A stretch of DNA of 64,000 nt from a virus. Lineage: Duplodnaviria > Caudoviricetes. A model generated the notes under the pieces. The model made no database searches. It saw nothing but the letters and a program-made list of their open reading frames with translations, and was not told where the DNA came from. The first letter of the stretch is position 1; every line of letters begins with the position of its first letter. Made by a program: the position numbers and the translations under genes. Location: positions 8,732 through 72,731 of the IMG/VR virus record IMGVR_UViG_3300028888_000119, one strand, 5' to 3'. Shown one piece after another: positions 9,228 to 17,801 of the stretch.

Positions 9228-9555
9228 CCCATAAACATTCTTCGTCGCTCACAGCCCTCATTCCGTGCCCCTCCATCTTTGCGTTCGTCTTCCAACGCAT
9301 CAGTGCACCCTTTATCGTTATTCCGTACCGCATCCGGCACAAAATATCAGCATCCGGTGAGCTGATTTTGATTTTTCTAACAGCATAAATAGGATATGCA
9401 GGCCCGTCAAAGAATACAAGCATATCACCCTTTTTCGCGGAAGCAACATCTTGGTTATATGCATAGCCAAGTGGGAGTAATACATAACCGAGGTTGAATT
9501 CTCCCGGCTCTGTATGATTAATCCTCAATCTCTTCACCCTCGTCGTCAGTTGCAT
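9202..9555 (-). CDS. hypothetical protein
   Basis: Start trimmed to MQLTTRV (9555); co-oriented in operon. Confidence 0.55.
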   Translation of the reverse strand: MQLTTRVKRLRINHTEPGEFNLGYVLLPLGYAYNQDVASAKKGDMLVFFDGPAYPIYAVRKIKISSPDADILCRMRYGITIKGALMRWKTNAKMEGHGMRAVSDEECLWVVYGTDSN

Positions 9556-10129
9556 ATACAGGATATTTTTGGTTACACCGCCATAAGGCGCTCGCAAAAT
9601 TGTTATATCGATGAGCCGGCAGGTCGTTCTCTATCGCCTTGTCAACCCGCTCGTAGACGAATTGCTGTACTAGTGAAATGAAATCCGGTGTTGTAATTGT
9701 CACCAGGTGCTGCGGCATCGGCTTCCAATGAATCTTCTTCCTTTGCTTAAACAAGGCAATATTGTTTGGGTTCGGATATTCAAGCCATTCTTCGATCCCC
9801 ATTAAATAAAAACGCATTGCAATCGGCAAAATCGCGAAAACAAAAGTGTTTCGAAACCTGTGAATCTTGTCAATATAAGTATCCGATATAGAGCCTAACC
9901 TTCCATAACGACAATAACGATATAGCGTAAACTGCCACCTCTTCCAATCAAAACCATCTGTCGGCTCATTAAGCACACCATACCCTCCAGTTTCGAGCAT
10001 GTGAGTTAGAAACTCTTTGGCAGAATAGTCGTCTTCCAACTCACATGCATCGATAACCCCCTGCTTGAAACAATAATCAAACAGCCTTATTGCCTGCGGC
10101 CCAGTCGTTCTGTTTAACGGACTCCTCAT
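9518..10129 (-). CDS. hypothetical protein
   Basis: 203 aa, co-oriented; no motif recognised. Confidence 0.7.
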   Translation of the reverse strand: MRSPLNRTTGPQAIRLFDYCFKQGVIDACELEDDYSAKEFLTHMLETGGYGVLNEPTDGFDWKRWQFTLYRYCRYGRLGSISDTYIDKIHRFRNTFVFAILPIAMRFYLMGIEEWLEYPNPNNIALFKQRKKIHWKPMPQHLVTITTPDFISLVQQFVYERVDKAIENDLPAHRYNNFASALWRCNQKYPVYATDDEGEEIED

Positions 10130-10314
10130 CTTGCGTCCACACCAAGATCATTCAAATAAGAAAGAATATAAAAATACATACCAAGACCGCATGCTGGCTC
10201 TCGTACAACACGGACAATTCTGCCCTCCTCGTATAACGTGGCCAACGGAATTCCGCGCTCGTCCTTAATTACGCACCCATTCAAATTCAGCAAGTCTATC
10301 GCGTCCCAGCTCAT
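10126..10314 (-). CDS. hypothetical protein
   Basis: 62 aa, ATGA overlaps at both ends. Confidence 0.6.
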   Translation of the reverse strand: MSWDAIDLLNLNGCVIKDERGIPLATLYEEGRIVRVVREPACGLGMYFYILSYLNDLGVDAR

Positions 10315-11051
10315 CTTTTATAAAGTTTTCCGTTTTCATCTAAAAGCCATTCACCCTTCTTAAAATTTGACGGGTTTATGTCGGAGTCAATCATCGCGTC
10401 AAAGATTCGAATTCTATCTTTCATCACCGCAATGGACCCCTCGTAATCTTTTCTATCAAATGTAAACACAATTCCCCTCCAAGTGGCAAGCGGAGAATCG
10501 GTATCCTCCATGATATCGTCATCTTGAAAAATGTACTTAATGAGCAAAATCTTCTCGACAAGCGGATTAGAAATAAACTGCCCAAGAAGCTGGTCGCCAT
10601 GATCTTTAATAACAGCGAGACTTTTCTCTTCGTACGATGTGTAATCATCTCCAAAGAATTCTATTGCCGCGTTGCCGACGAGAGTCTTAAACTCAAGTAC
10701 GGTTTTTTCATCCTTCGTAAACGCATCCGGAGAAGCCCCGAGCGGACAGTCCGGAGCAACCCAAAATGGAATTTCCGGCAAATCTTTGCTATACACGAGG
10801 TCATTTATTCCCAAATTCGCCTCGCTCCATTTCATTATCATCGGTTCTTGTTCGTTTCCGATGTCCATGGCATGCGCATATACCGGATGAGAGAATCCGT
10901 GCTTGCGCTCCCATCTTTTTGCCCGGATATAAGAAAGATTGCTGTCGATAATCTTTCCGGAAGCAGACGTGATCTGACCAAGTTCTGACGCGGTAATCAT
11001 ACCGAGCCGTTTTTTTAACCAAATGTTCTCTTTATTCATAACCTTGTTCAA
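10311..11051 (-). CDS. YqaJ/lambda-exonuclease-like recombination nuclease
   Basis: WLKKRLGMITASE, AMDIGNEQEP, LGASPDA, VLEFKT, QLLGQF motifs. Confidence 0.88.
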   Translation of the reverse strand: MNKVMNKENIWLKKRLGMITASELGQITSASGKIIDSNLSYIRAKRWERKHGFSHPVYAHAMDIGNEQEPMIMKWSEANLGINDLVYSKDLPEIPFWVAPDCPLGASPDAFTKDEKTVLEFKTLVGNAAIEFFGDDYTSYEEKSLAVIKDHGDQLLGQFISNPLVEKILLIKYIFQDDDIMEDTDSPLATWRGIVFTFDRKDYEGSIAVMKDRIRIFDAMIDSDINPSNFKKGEWLLDENGKLYKR

Positions 11052-11053
11052 TA

Positions 11054-11605
11054 CTATGCGGGAAGGTCGGACTGGTCAAGCGCAGAAACAATTGCGTTCT
11101 TAATTTTATCGGACCCAAAATCATACATTTTACCGATGTCGGAAATGGTCTTCCCGTTCTTTATGGCCCAATCAATCACGGATTGCACCTTGTCATCAGT
11201 AATGGTTTTCCTCGCCTTAATCTCTTGATCCGGTGCCGGGTCAAGTTTGCTAATCCGAAGACCCCAAGTCTCTCCTCCGTCTTGTACATCTCTGCACTTT
11301 TCTTTTGTCAGCCTAACAGCCACATTGCTCAGTCTGGCAAGATACCCGTCGCAGTCCGGGAATCGCTTAACAAGTCTTTTCCGGTTCGTGCTGTTCAAAA
11401 TAAAAGGCAAATTTGTGTACGGGTTCGGGGCAAAATGTGCAATCCATACGCCGTTCTCGGTCCGTCCGTTGATCATTTCGCTCTCCTTGTACTCAATACG
11501 AGCAATGATAATTCTCTCGATGTCTTTCCCCTCGGGAAGCATCTCAACCCCTGCATGGGTTAATTTCCCTCCAACTCTGTAGTGAATTGTTCTTTGGTCC
11601 TGCAT
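11054..11605 (-). CDS. hypothetical protein, candidate ssDNA-annealing partner of the exonuclease
   Basis: PFILNSTNRKRL motif; directly upstream of the YqaJ gene; acidic DLPA tail. Function inferred from synteny. Confidence 0.5.
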   Translation of the reverse strand: MQDQRTIHYRVGGKLTHAGVEMLPEGKDIERIIIARIEYKESEMINGRTENGVWIAHFAPNPYTNLPFILNSTNRKRLVKRFPDCDGYLARLSNVAVRLTKEKCRDVQDGGETWGLRISKLDPAPDQEIKARKTITDDKVQSVIDWAIKNGKTISDIGKMYDFGSDKIKNAIVSALDQSDLPA

Positions 11606-11627
11606 ATTATGATTTTTTTGCGTTTTA

Positions 11628-12068
11628 CTACAACTTCTGTGCCATCTTCTTTGTTAAACTTATCTTCCGCTTCGATTCCTCACTATGATGCTTATTATAG
11701 AAGGAATTCTTTTCTCCAAGTTTAACTTCTCTAAATTTTGCCCTTGTAATAGGATTATTTACATTATCTTTGTGTGAAACCCATCTTAAATTACTAGCCA
11801 TATCGTTATCCCTCAACCCATCGATATGATCCACCTCAGGTAAATTATTAGGATTTGGCAGGAATGCAATTGCCACCAGCCGGTAAACTTTCATGCATTT
11901 TCTTTTTCCTTCTCTATAAAGGCAAACATACCTGTAACCTTTTGAATTTTTTGCAGGTGAAAGATAACGACCATAACAACGACGATATAATCCTTTCACT
12001 TTTCCAAAATTGCTGACTTGATAAAAACCCTCATACCCAGGGATATCCTTCCAAATTTCTTGCTCCAT
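11628..12068 (-). CDS. NUMOD4-HNH-NUMOD3 homing endonuclease (free-standing)
   Basis: EIWKDIPGYEGFYQVSNFG, VYRLVAIAF, VDHIDG.RDN..SNLRW, HHSEESKRKIS. Confidence 0.92.
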   Translation of the reverse strand: MEQEIWKDIPGYEGFYQVSNFGKVKGLYRRCYGRYLSPAKNSKGYRYVCLYREGKRKCMKVYRLVAIAFLPNPNNLPEVDHIDGLRDNDMASNLRWVSHKDNVNNPITRAKFREVKLGEKNSFYNKHHSEESKRKISLTKKMAQKL

Positions 12069-12074
12069 ACTCTT

Positions 12075-12200
12075 AAAAAAGTGCCCGAACTTTCAGTGAA
12101 TGGTACGAGCAAACACCTACTTATCCGGGCATCCTATATTTCTTCCGCTATCTCGTACATAGCAAGAGCAAAGATAGCAAATTATTCCGGCAAATACAAG
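12075..12200 (-). promoter_or_regulatory. promoter plus terminator-like structured leader of the HNH gene
   Basis: TATCTTTG at 12176-12169; stem TGCCCGGA (12131-12124) / TTCGGGCA (12089-12082) followed by T6, 6 nt before the ATG. Confidence 0.6.
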
Positions 12201-12241
12201 TCTTCGAAACTAAGCATGTTGAATCTTCTGTTCGTATTCCA

Positions 12242-12715
12242 TCACTGTCTTTTATTAAGATCCTTAACGGCTTTTTTAATTTTTTTATCGGAAGCCTTAC
12301 GAATCTTCTTTTGTTCACGCGGGGAAGCCTCTACATACTTCTGTATTTGCTTAACCTCTTCCATCGCCACGTCCTCGCTTTCTTCCTCTCCATTATCTTC
12401 CAAACGGATACGTTTCTCGTAGTTCTTGATTGCCTTATCGATGTCGTTAACGAACTTCTGGTCGGTAGTAAGCAACGAACCGATCATATACATCCGCTCA
12501 GCGAATCCCTGGGTTTGGTCATCTTGTCCAGCACATAGATATCCATACGGGTGTTCACCAGCGATAAACCTGGCTTTGAAATTTCCGCTCAGTGTGGATA
12601 TATCCAGCCAAAAACGTCTGAAAGACCACTTGAAACCGCCGGCCTCTCCGGTGCGGAGCACCGGATTATTGATGGAAAAAAGCCACCATTTTTGAATTTT
12701 TTTAAAAATATTCAT
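12242..12715 (-). CDS. hypothetical protein
   Basis: 157 aa, co-oriented, charged C-terminal helix. Confidence 0.7.
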   Translation of the reverse strand: MNIFKKIQKWWLFSINNPVLRTGEAGGFKWSFRRFWLDISTLSGNFKARFIAGEHPYGYLCAGQDDQTQGFAERMYMIGSLLTTDQKFVNDIDKAIKNYEKRIRLEDNGEEESEDVAMEEVKQIQKYVEASPREQKKIRKASDKKIKKAVKDLNKRQ

Positions 12716-12729
12716 AACCTTTTTAAAAT

Positions 12730-13077
12730 TTATTTTTTTCGTGTAACATATATGTCATCTAAGACACGATGGACCTCAAAGACGGAGCCAAAATCGTGCT
12801 TGATCTTACTTGCAGCACTTCTGGCACTTTGCCAAGAACGAAGTGGAACGACAACATAATCGCCGACTTCCAGCATCCTCAGTGCTGGATAAACACGTCC
12901 GTTTCTCCGCTTGGCGGTCGGAATCTTGCAAGATGGGCAGAAATGCTGTCCCACAACGCTTGCCCAGCCACGCCGGACAGCAGCGATACTGGCCTCTTCT
13001 GGCGTCTCAAAAGCGACACCCGCAGATTTGCCACAAATGTCGCAAATCGCATCAAATCTTTCAACTGTTTTAATCAT
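12730..13077 (-). CDS. hypothetical protein with Zn-finger-like Cys pairs
   Basis: CDIC...CPSC followed by a short basic domain. Confidence 0.65.
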   Translation of the reverse strand: MIKTVERFDAICDICGKSAGVAFETPEEASIAAVRRGWASVVGQHFCPSCKIPTAKRRNGRVYPALRMLEVGDYVVVPLRSWQSARSAASKIKHDFGSVFEVHRVLDDIYVTRKK

Positions 13078-14006
13078 ATAACTCCCGTTTTTTTGTATAC
13101 AATCATGTCACCGATATCTGCATGGCTTGGAATCTGGTCCAGCGCACACCCCCATTTGTCCCACCATGGCCATACCTCTCCTTTTTCTTCCCATTCCGCC
13201 CTCGCGTCCATGTCTGGAACAAGCATCATATTGGGCTCTATTTCACGCAAATTTGACTTTCCTCCGGTCGCTAAGAATCTTCTTCCGCCATAGTACAATG
13301 ATGCCAAAATTGCGGTCTTTTCCGACTCTACAATAAAAGCCTTCTTACCGTCATCAGGAATGCATGCTCCAAAATAGCACTTGCCGCAGAATCCATCTCC
13401 AACACGGAACTGACGCCCCGGGAAAAACGCCTTGTCTCTATGGCCGTCATCCTTATATGCGATCCTCTTGTCAAACAAAATTCGACCGTCTTGGTCCACA
13501 TACCAATATACCGCATTCCCATGAGAATCTGTAGTTACATTATAACGATTCCAGACATCCCGGACATCTTCCTCTTTGAATATCTTGCACATCCAGCGGA
13601 ACAGCGGGCAGCTTTCAAGAGGATATTCCCTTGCACCATCTAATACATCACTGCCAACATACCGAATACCAGGTGATGATTTTTCTCGCAATGATCTGGT
13701 CCACTGAATGGCTTGGCTTTCTCCATTAATCATCTTCAATGCCTCGTGATAGTCAGCCGCACCGCCAAACTCAATCAGCCACTGAGGAAGTGAAATACAC
13801 CTTCCGCCCTCCTCGTTAACCCATACGGAACCACGGCTGATAAACACCTTCAGTTTGTCTTTCCGGAAAGCATGTCGGTCTCCATTCAAGTAATATCCGC
13901 CCTGGAATCCCCTACCATGCTCTTTCAAATCCATACACATCAACTTCGGTGCATTCCTTAACGCGACCAGTGGGTCATAAGAAAATCTGAATCCGTCTTT
14001 TCCCAT
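13074..14006 (-). CDS. DUF6371-like Toprim/primase-related protein
   Basis: YWYVDQDGR, CYFG, IVESEKTAILAS, FLATGG, VPDMD; adjacent to the D5-like helicase. Start trimmed to 14006. Confidence 0.75.
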   Translation of the reverse strand: MGKDGFRFSYDPLVALRNAPKLMCMDLKEHGRGFQGGYYLNGDRHAFRKDKLKVFISRGSVWVNEEGGRCISLPQWLIEFGGAADYHEALKMINGESQAIQWTRSLREKSSPGIRYVGSDVLDGAREYPLESCPLFRWMCKIFKEEDVRDVWNRYNVTTDSHGNAVYWYVDQDGRILFDKRIAYKDDGHRDKAFFPGRQFRVGDGFCGKCYFGACIPDDGKKAFIVESEKTAILASLYYGGRRFLATGGKSNLREIEPNMMLVPDMDARAEWEEKGEVWPWWDKWGCALDQIPSHADIGDMIVYKKTGVI

Positions 14007-14007
14007 A

Positions 14008-15543
14008 TTAGAAAGGTAAATTAGAATCATCATTCGCAAGACCAAACGCACTCCGGTCTTCAACTGGCAGATCATCGTCGGCGCTCTCTTCCGGCTCCTG
14101 CTTTATACCTATGCAATACCATGTACCACTGCCGCGACGGCTACGCTCGAACCCGAGGTCATCAAATATCTTTGCGACAGACTTTGCCGTCTTCGGGGCT
14201 TCACCGTAATCCTTGCAGTACTGCTGGTAAATCTGCATCCACTCCTTCAAAGACTTCCATCTTGGGTCTTTCATGCTGAAAGGCGTTACCGCGACATAGC
14301 CATACTCGCGAATCCACCTGCGGGCGGAATTAGAGTCAGCCTTCATGTCTGCCTTTAACTCCAAAACCGCATCGGACATGTCAATTTTGCAATCATTGGC
14401 GATTAATTCTTTATACCCTTCCAGCATCCAGTTGAATATGGCGGATCTTACCTTATTCTCCCTTAACTTCGCCTCCAGCTGTGGGTCTCTGTTCTCTTCA
14501 GACACCTTGTTCGGGCAGTTGATAATAAGAAATCGCCTGAAATATCCATCTGAATCATCCGTTGTCGGTGGAATCTTATTCGCACAGCACAACATGATCG
14601 GGACTTTCGTCACATAAGTCATCTCGCGACTGTATGGGCTCCTGCCGGTAAACTCTCCGCCGGACACGAAAGCCTTGAAATCACCACCGGAAAAATCCTT
14701 GTCGGAGACATCGTCGCAATAATTCATTATTTTCCCATTAACCTCCGCCATGTGATAATCCATTTGGTTGCTCTTGAACAATTGCTCCGGAGTAAATGTC
14801 GTCACACATTTTGTAACCTGCCTCCCATCCTCATCCTCGTTCTTAAAAACATTCACTAGAGCCTTGGCAATAATACTCTTACCATTCTGCCCCTCACCGA
14901 CCAAGAAACATATATACTCAAACTTGTGCTCCGACCGGTCTATAAGAAATGCGCCACAAAACTGCTGGTATGCCTTCCTCATGCCGGGGTCCGGAACCGT
15001 CGTAGTAATAACCTTGTCCCACAATCCACTCTTTGCGTCTATGTCGTAACTGAAATTGAAGATAATGTCGGTGCAATACTTGAAATCATGCGGATATATC
15101 CTCAGTGTCTTCATGTCCAAAACGCAGTTCTCAAAGCAAACATAACGCCTATCCGGATTGAACTGGTGCCTCCCGTCTTCAACCAATGACGCAATGCAAT
15201 ACTTGGCAATCCGCTCAGCAGAATCCATCCGGTACACAATACCGACCTCTGTCCTGCGCATGACTTCACGGATGATGCCCGTAAATACGACATCGTTCAT
15301 CATCTCGAAATACTTACCATTGAATACGTGGAGCATTCCCATTGAGTCAACGCGGAAGTAATCGTTGCCAGAATCTCCGACAATTCCACATATATATCTG
15401 CGGAATGACTCGGCAATCCCGGCCTCGGTCCTCTTGTTTACCCGCTCATCATCTTGACCGGAACCTCCTATCGATGCTCCTGCCGTATGACATAAATAGT
15501 CTATTATGTACTCGTATTTCACTGAAAACTTGCGGTTTTTCAA
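14008..15543 (-). CDS. D5-like (SF3) primase-associated replicative helicase
   Basis: FENCVLDMKT D5_N-like stretch, GEGQNGKS Walker A, NYCDD Walker B, CANKIP, FRRFLII. Start codon uncertain (TTG). Confidence 0.88.
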   Translation of the reverse strand: MKNRKFSVKYEYIIDYLCHTAGASIGGSGQDDERVNKRTEAGIAESFRRYICGIVGDSGNDYFRVDSMGMLHVFNGKYFEMMNDVVFTGIIREVMRRTEVGIVYRMDSAERIAKYCIASLVEDGRHQFNPDRRYVCFENCVLDMKTLRIYPHDFKYCTDIIFNFSYDIDAKSGLWDKVITTTVPDPGMRKAYQQFCGAFLIDRSEHKFEYICFLVGEGQNGKSIIAKALVNVFKNEDEDGRQVTKCVTTFTPEQLFKSNQMDYHMAEVNGKIMNYCDDVSDKDFSGGDFKAFVSGGEFTGRSPYSREMTYVTKVPIMLCCANKIPPTTDDSDGYFRRFLIINCPNKVSEENRDPQLEAKLRENKVRSAIFNWMLEGYKELIANDCKIDMSDAVLELKADMKADSNSARRWIREYGYVAVTPFSMKDPRWKSLKEWMQIYQQYCKDYGEAPKTAKSVAKIFDDLGFERSRRGSGTWYCIGIKQEPEESADDDLPVEDRSAFGLANDDSNLPF

Positions 15544-15544
15544 T

Positions 15545-15677
15545 AAAAAGCAAGAACAGACAGGGCCTCTTCGGAAAGAGGTGGGTACTCCCTATCTGCT
15601 CTTGCTGAATCTCTCTGTCGTGCGCCGTACCCCTAAGCGCGGATTGCAAAGATGCAAAAATTATTCCATATATCAAA
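15545..15677 (-). promoter_or_regulatory. promoter-like box plus 17-bp stem leader with U-tract before the helicase gene
   Basis: CATCTTTG (15654-15647; one mismatch to consensus) with TTTG 19 nt upstream; stem 15606-15590 / 15565-15549 enclosing a CCTCTT-TCCG-AAGAGG hairpin, then TTTTT. Confidence 0.6.
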
Positions 15678-16398
15678 AAAGTTTCAACTCGCTCCCGACC
15701 TGTTCCTTACCAAGAATGAAATCACATATGAAATTCCTTGCATAATCCGGACTGATCATACTCCGCTCCTCATTGCACAAACCCGGCATGTGATTCGGCT
15801 CGATCTGGCAGATATTCTTCCCGGCCTTGCGCGGTTGCATAGTATTCCCGTGCGTAGGCTCGCAGTTCACGAACCAGTATGCAGTCGGCTTCACATAATA
15901 ATCCCCTCTCAACAGCCGGTTCTTGTCAATCACCGACGGATTCGTGATGAAGTTCTGCTTCAAGAATGTCTGCTCACTCCACGGATTCTCCATGATCATC
16001 CGCAAACCCCTATCATAACACACCGAATGCATCTTCACAGCAAGCGCGAAGAACCGCTCTCGCTTCGCAGACCGCTCTAAAATTGCTTCCGTTTTCTCCC
16101 GAACACCCAAATTCCTGTAATTCCTGTGCGTCCAGCTGATAAGCATCTGGCTCATGCACGAAAAGTATATGCACGGAAAGAATGCCAGAACCAAATCATC
16201 CTTTTTGACACGGTCCCATACGCTCGATTCGCCATCATACGCCTTCTCTATCTCGGAAAACAAATCAATTTGGAAGTCCGTCTCGCCGAAATTGTCTTGA
16301 ATATCATAGTCAAAAGCAGGAATTCCCAACTTTAGAAACTCGCGCTTGAACGTCCCTGACTGCTCAAAAAAGCAGTGAACACTTCCATTGATCTCCAT
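15673..16398 (-). CDS. DNA cytosine methyltransferase-like protein
   Basis: Variant motif I CFFEQSG, motif IV AFFPC, motif VI IMENP, later KPTAYW. Confidence 0.7.
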   Translation of the reverse strand: MEINGSVHCFFEQSGTFKREFLKLGIPAFDYDIQDNFGETDFQIDLFSEIEKAYDGESSVWDRVKKDDLVLAFFPCIYFSCMSQMLISWTHRNYRNLGVREKTEAILERSAKRERFFALAVKMHSVCYDRGLRMIMENPWSEQTFLKQNFITNPSVIDKNRLLRGDYYVKPTAYWFVNCEPTHGNTMQPRKAGKNICQIEPNHMPGLCNEERSMISPDYARNFICDFILGKEQVGSELKLF

Positions 16399-16399
16399 T

Positions 16400-16708
16400 C
16401 TATTTCAATGTATCAAAATCGCAGTATCTGAGCGCAATCAAGCGCAGCTCATCTCCCATCTTCCGTGCATTCTCCAGCATCTGTTCCCGTGTCAGCCCGA
16501 GCCTGGACCAATAAACAAACGAACGGTCCAAAAGAACATCGCAGAAGATGGTCATTGCATCCTTTATCACACAATCATCATAACACGGCAGATCACCAGG
16601 AAACGATTCCATCCGTTCCAAAATAGCATCGGAAATCTCGGATAAAACCGGCCCCATCTTATCGCCGAATGTCGGCTCGCCTATAATATCTCTAAGTTTT
16701 TTTTCCAT
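16400..16708 (-). CDS. hypothetical protein
   Basis: Start at 16708 (MEKKLRD), 1 nt after tRNA-like RNA 2. Confidence 0.65.
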   Translation of the reverse strand: MEKKLRDIIGEPTFGDKMGPVLSEISDAILERMESFPGDLPCYDDCVIKDAMTIFCDVLLDRSFVYWSRLGLTREQMLENARKMGDELRLIALRYCDFDTLK

Positions 16709-16709
16709 G

Positions 16710-16814
16710 TGGCTGGGAAGGGATTCGAACCCCTGTCTACCGCAGAGCGCTAACACGAAATAAACACTAAACTCAAAAAATCCCGGTCGCTGCTACCAAT
16801 TGCACCACCCAGCC
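16710..16814 (-). ncRNA. tRNA-like RNA 2 with extended U-rich anticodon arm (105 nt, no CCA)
   Basis: Acceptor GGCTGGG/CCCAGCC (perfect 7 bp), D arm TGC-AATTGGTA-GCA, T arm AGGGG-TTCGAAT-CCCTT, ACCG/CGGT closing a 41-nt insert. Confidence 0.8.
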
Positions 16815-16887
16815 ATGTGTGCCGGGTTTCCCCGGCAAAAGCATGATATGTGTAAAAGATTATAATTACGGCGCATCACTGCGACGT

Positions 16888-16976
16888 TGGTGGAGAGGGG
16901 CGGAGTCGAACCGCCTAATGAGTTTTGGGAATGGACAAAACCCTGCTCCCTATCCGATTAGAAGCCTATCCTCTCC
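16888..16976 (-). ncRNA. tRNA-like RNA 3 (89 nt, encoded CCA, non-canonical D and anticodon arms)
   Basis: Acceptor GGAGAGG/CCTCTCC plus ACCA, T arm GGCGG-TTCGACT-CCGCC, 8-bp arm GGGTTTTG/CAAAACTC with 8-nt loop TCCATTCC. Confidence 0.75.
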
Positions 16977-16986
16977 AGCAATCCGG

Positions 16987-17262
16987 TCAACTGAAAAACT
17001 TCCGGTAATACTTCCGGCACTCTTCCTCGCTTCCGAACAGCACATCCGCATCCACGATCCCTTGATGCGAACACAGCTGGCACTGTTCCTTAACGATCAT
17101 CTGACCGGCGTCCAGCTTCTCGCGGATACTCTTGCCGCTGTCCTGCTTCACGCCATCAAGCGCGACCGGAACATACAGCACGCCATACACATCGTCCTCC
17201 TCGACCTTGCAAGAAAGACTGTTGAAGAGATAAACTCTCTGTCCTACTGAAAATTTGCTCAT
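16987..17262 (-). CDS. hypothetical protein
   Basis: Start trimmed to MSKFSVGQRVY (17262); SH3-like start. Confidence 0.65.
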   Translation of the reverse strand: MSKFSVGQRVYLFNSLSCKVEEDDVYGVLYVPVALDGVKQDSGKSIREKLDAGQMIVKEQCQLCSHQGIVDADVLFGSEEECRKYYRKFFS

Positions 17263-17264
17263 GA

Positions 17265-17801
17265 CTATTCTAAAGTTATTAACTCCTTCGCAAAAGGAAG
17301 CGATTCGATCCACATGCAAAACTGATGCCACTCCTGCAAACGGTGACACTTCCTTTGGAAATAAATATTCCTCAAGCACTGATACGAAAAGCAATCAACC
17401 TTTGCCAGCTCCTTGCCCATTGGCATCTCCGCCTTGGCCCGCTGCAGCTCTTCACCGCTCAGTCCCTTGCAGTCGATATGCATCGTAGACGCACTCATCA
17501 GACGCTCGTGACCGGCACGGTAGGTCTCCTCCTCACACCACCAGTAGATCGGGGCCTCGATCCGAGCCCACACAACCACTCCCCTCAACACCTTCGCATG
17601 CTCGTCACCGGCCCTTACAAGCCTTTGAAGCAACTCCATGTCCCTGCCGTCCAGCTTTGCCGTCCACTCAGCCTCCAGCGTTCCGTCATCGTGCATTCCG
17701 GCAGAACACCACAGCTCGCTCCTCTCATCCTTGCCATATGACAACCTGAGCGCCTTCAAGGCGCTTACGAAACCGGCAACCTCCAAGGTCTCTATCTTCA
17801 T
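17265..17801 (-). CDS. ThyX-like (flavin-dependent thymidylate synthase-related) phage protein
   Basis: GDEHAKVLR, APIYWWCEEETYR, SASTMH, YQCLRNIYFQRKCHRLQEWHQFC; adjacent to dUTPase. The canonical RHR motif is absent. Confidence 0.7.
   Translation of the reverse strand: MKIETLEVAGFVSALKALRLSYGKDERSELWCSAGMHDDGTLEAEWTAKLDGRDMELLQRLVRAGDEHAKVLRGVVVWARIEAPIYWWCEEETYRAGHERLMSASTMHIDCKGLSGEELQRAKAEMPMGKELAKVDCFSYQCLRNIYFQRKCHRLQEWHQFCMWIESLPFAKELITLE

Noticed and set aside
7811-16976. tmRNA, or ordinary intron-containing tRNAs, as the identity of the tRNA-like elements
   Set aside because: No G3-U70 alanine pair, D arms are present, and they are far too short for tmRNA. Removing an insert at 37/38 does not restore a 5-bp anticodon stem with a U33 loop, and I saw no bulge-helix-bulge.
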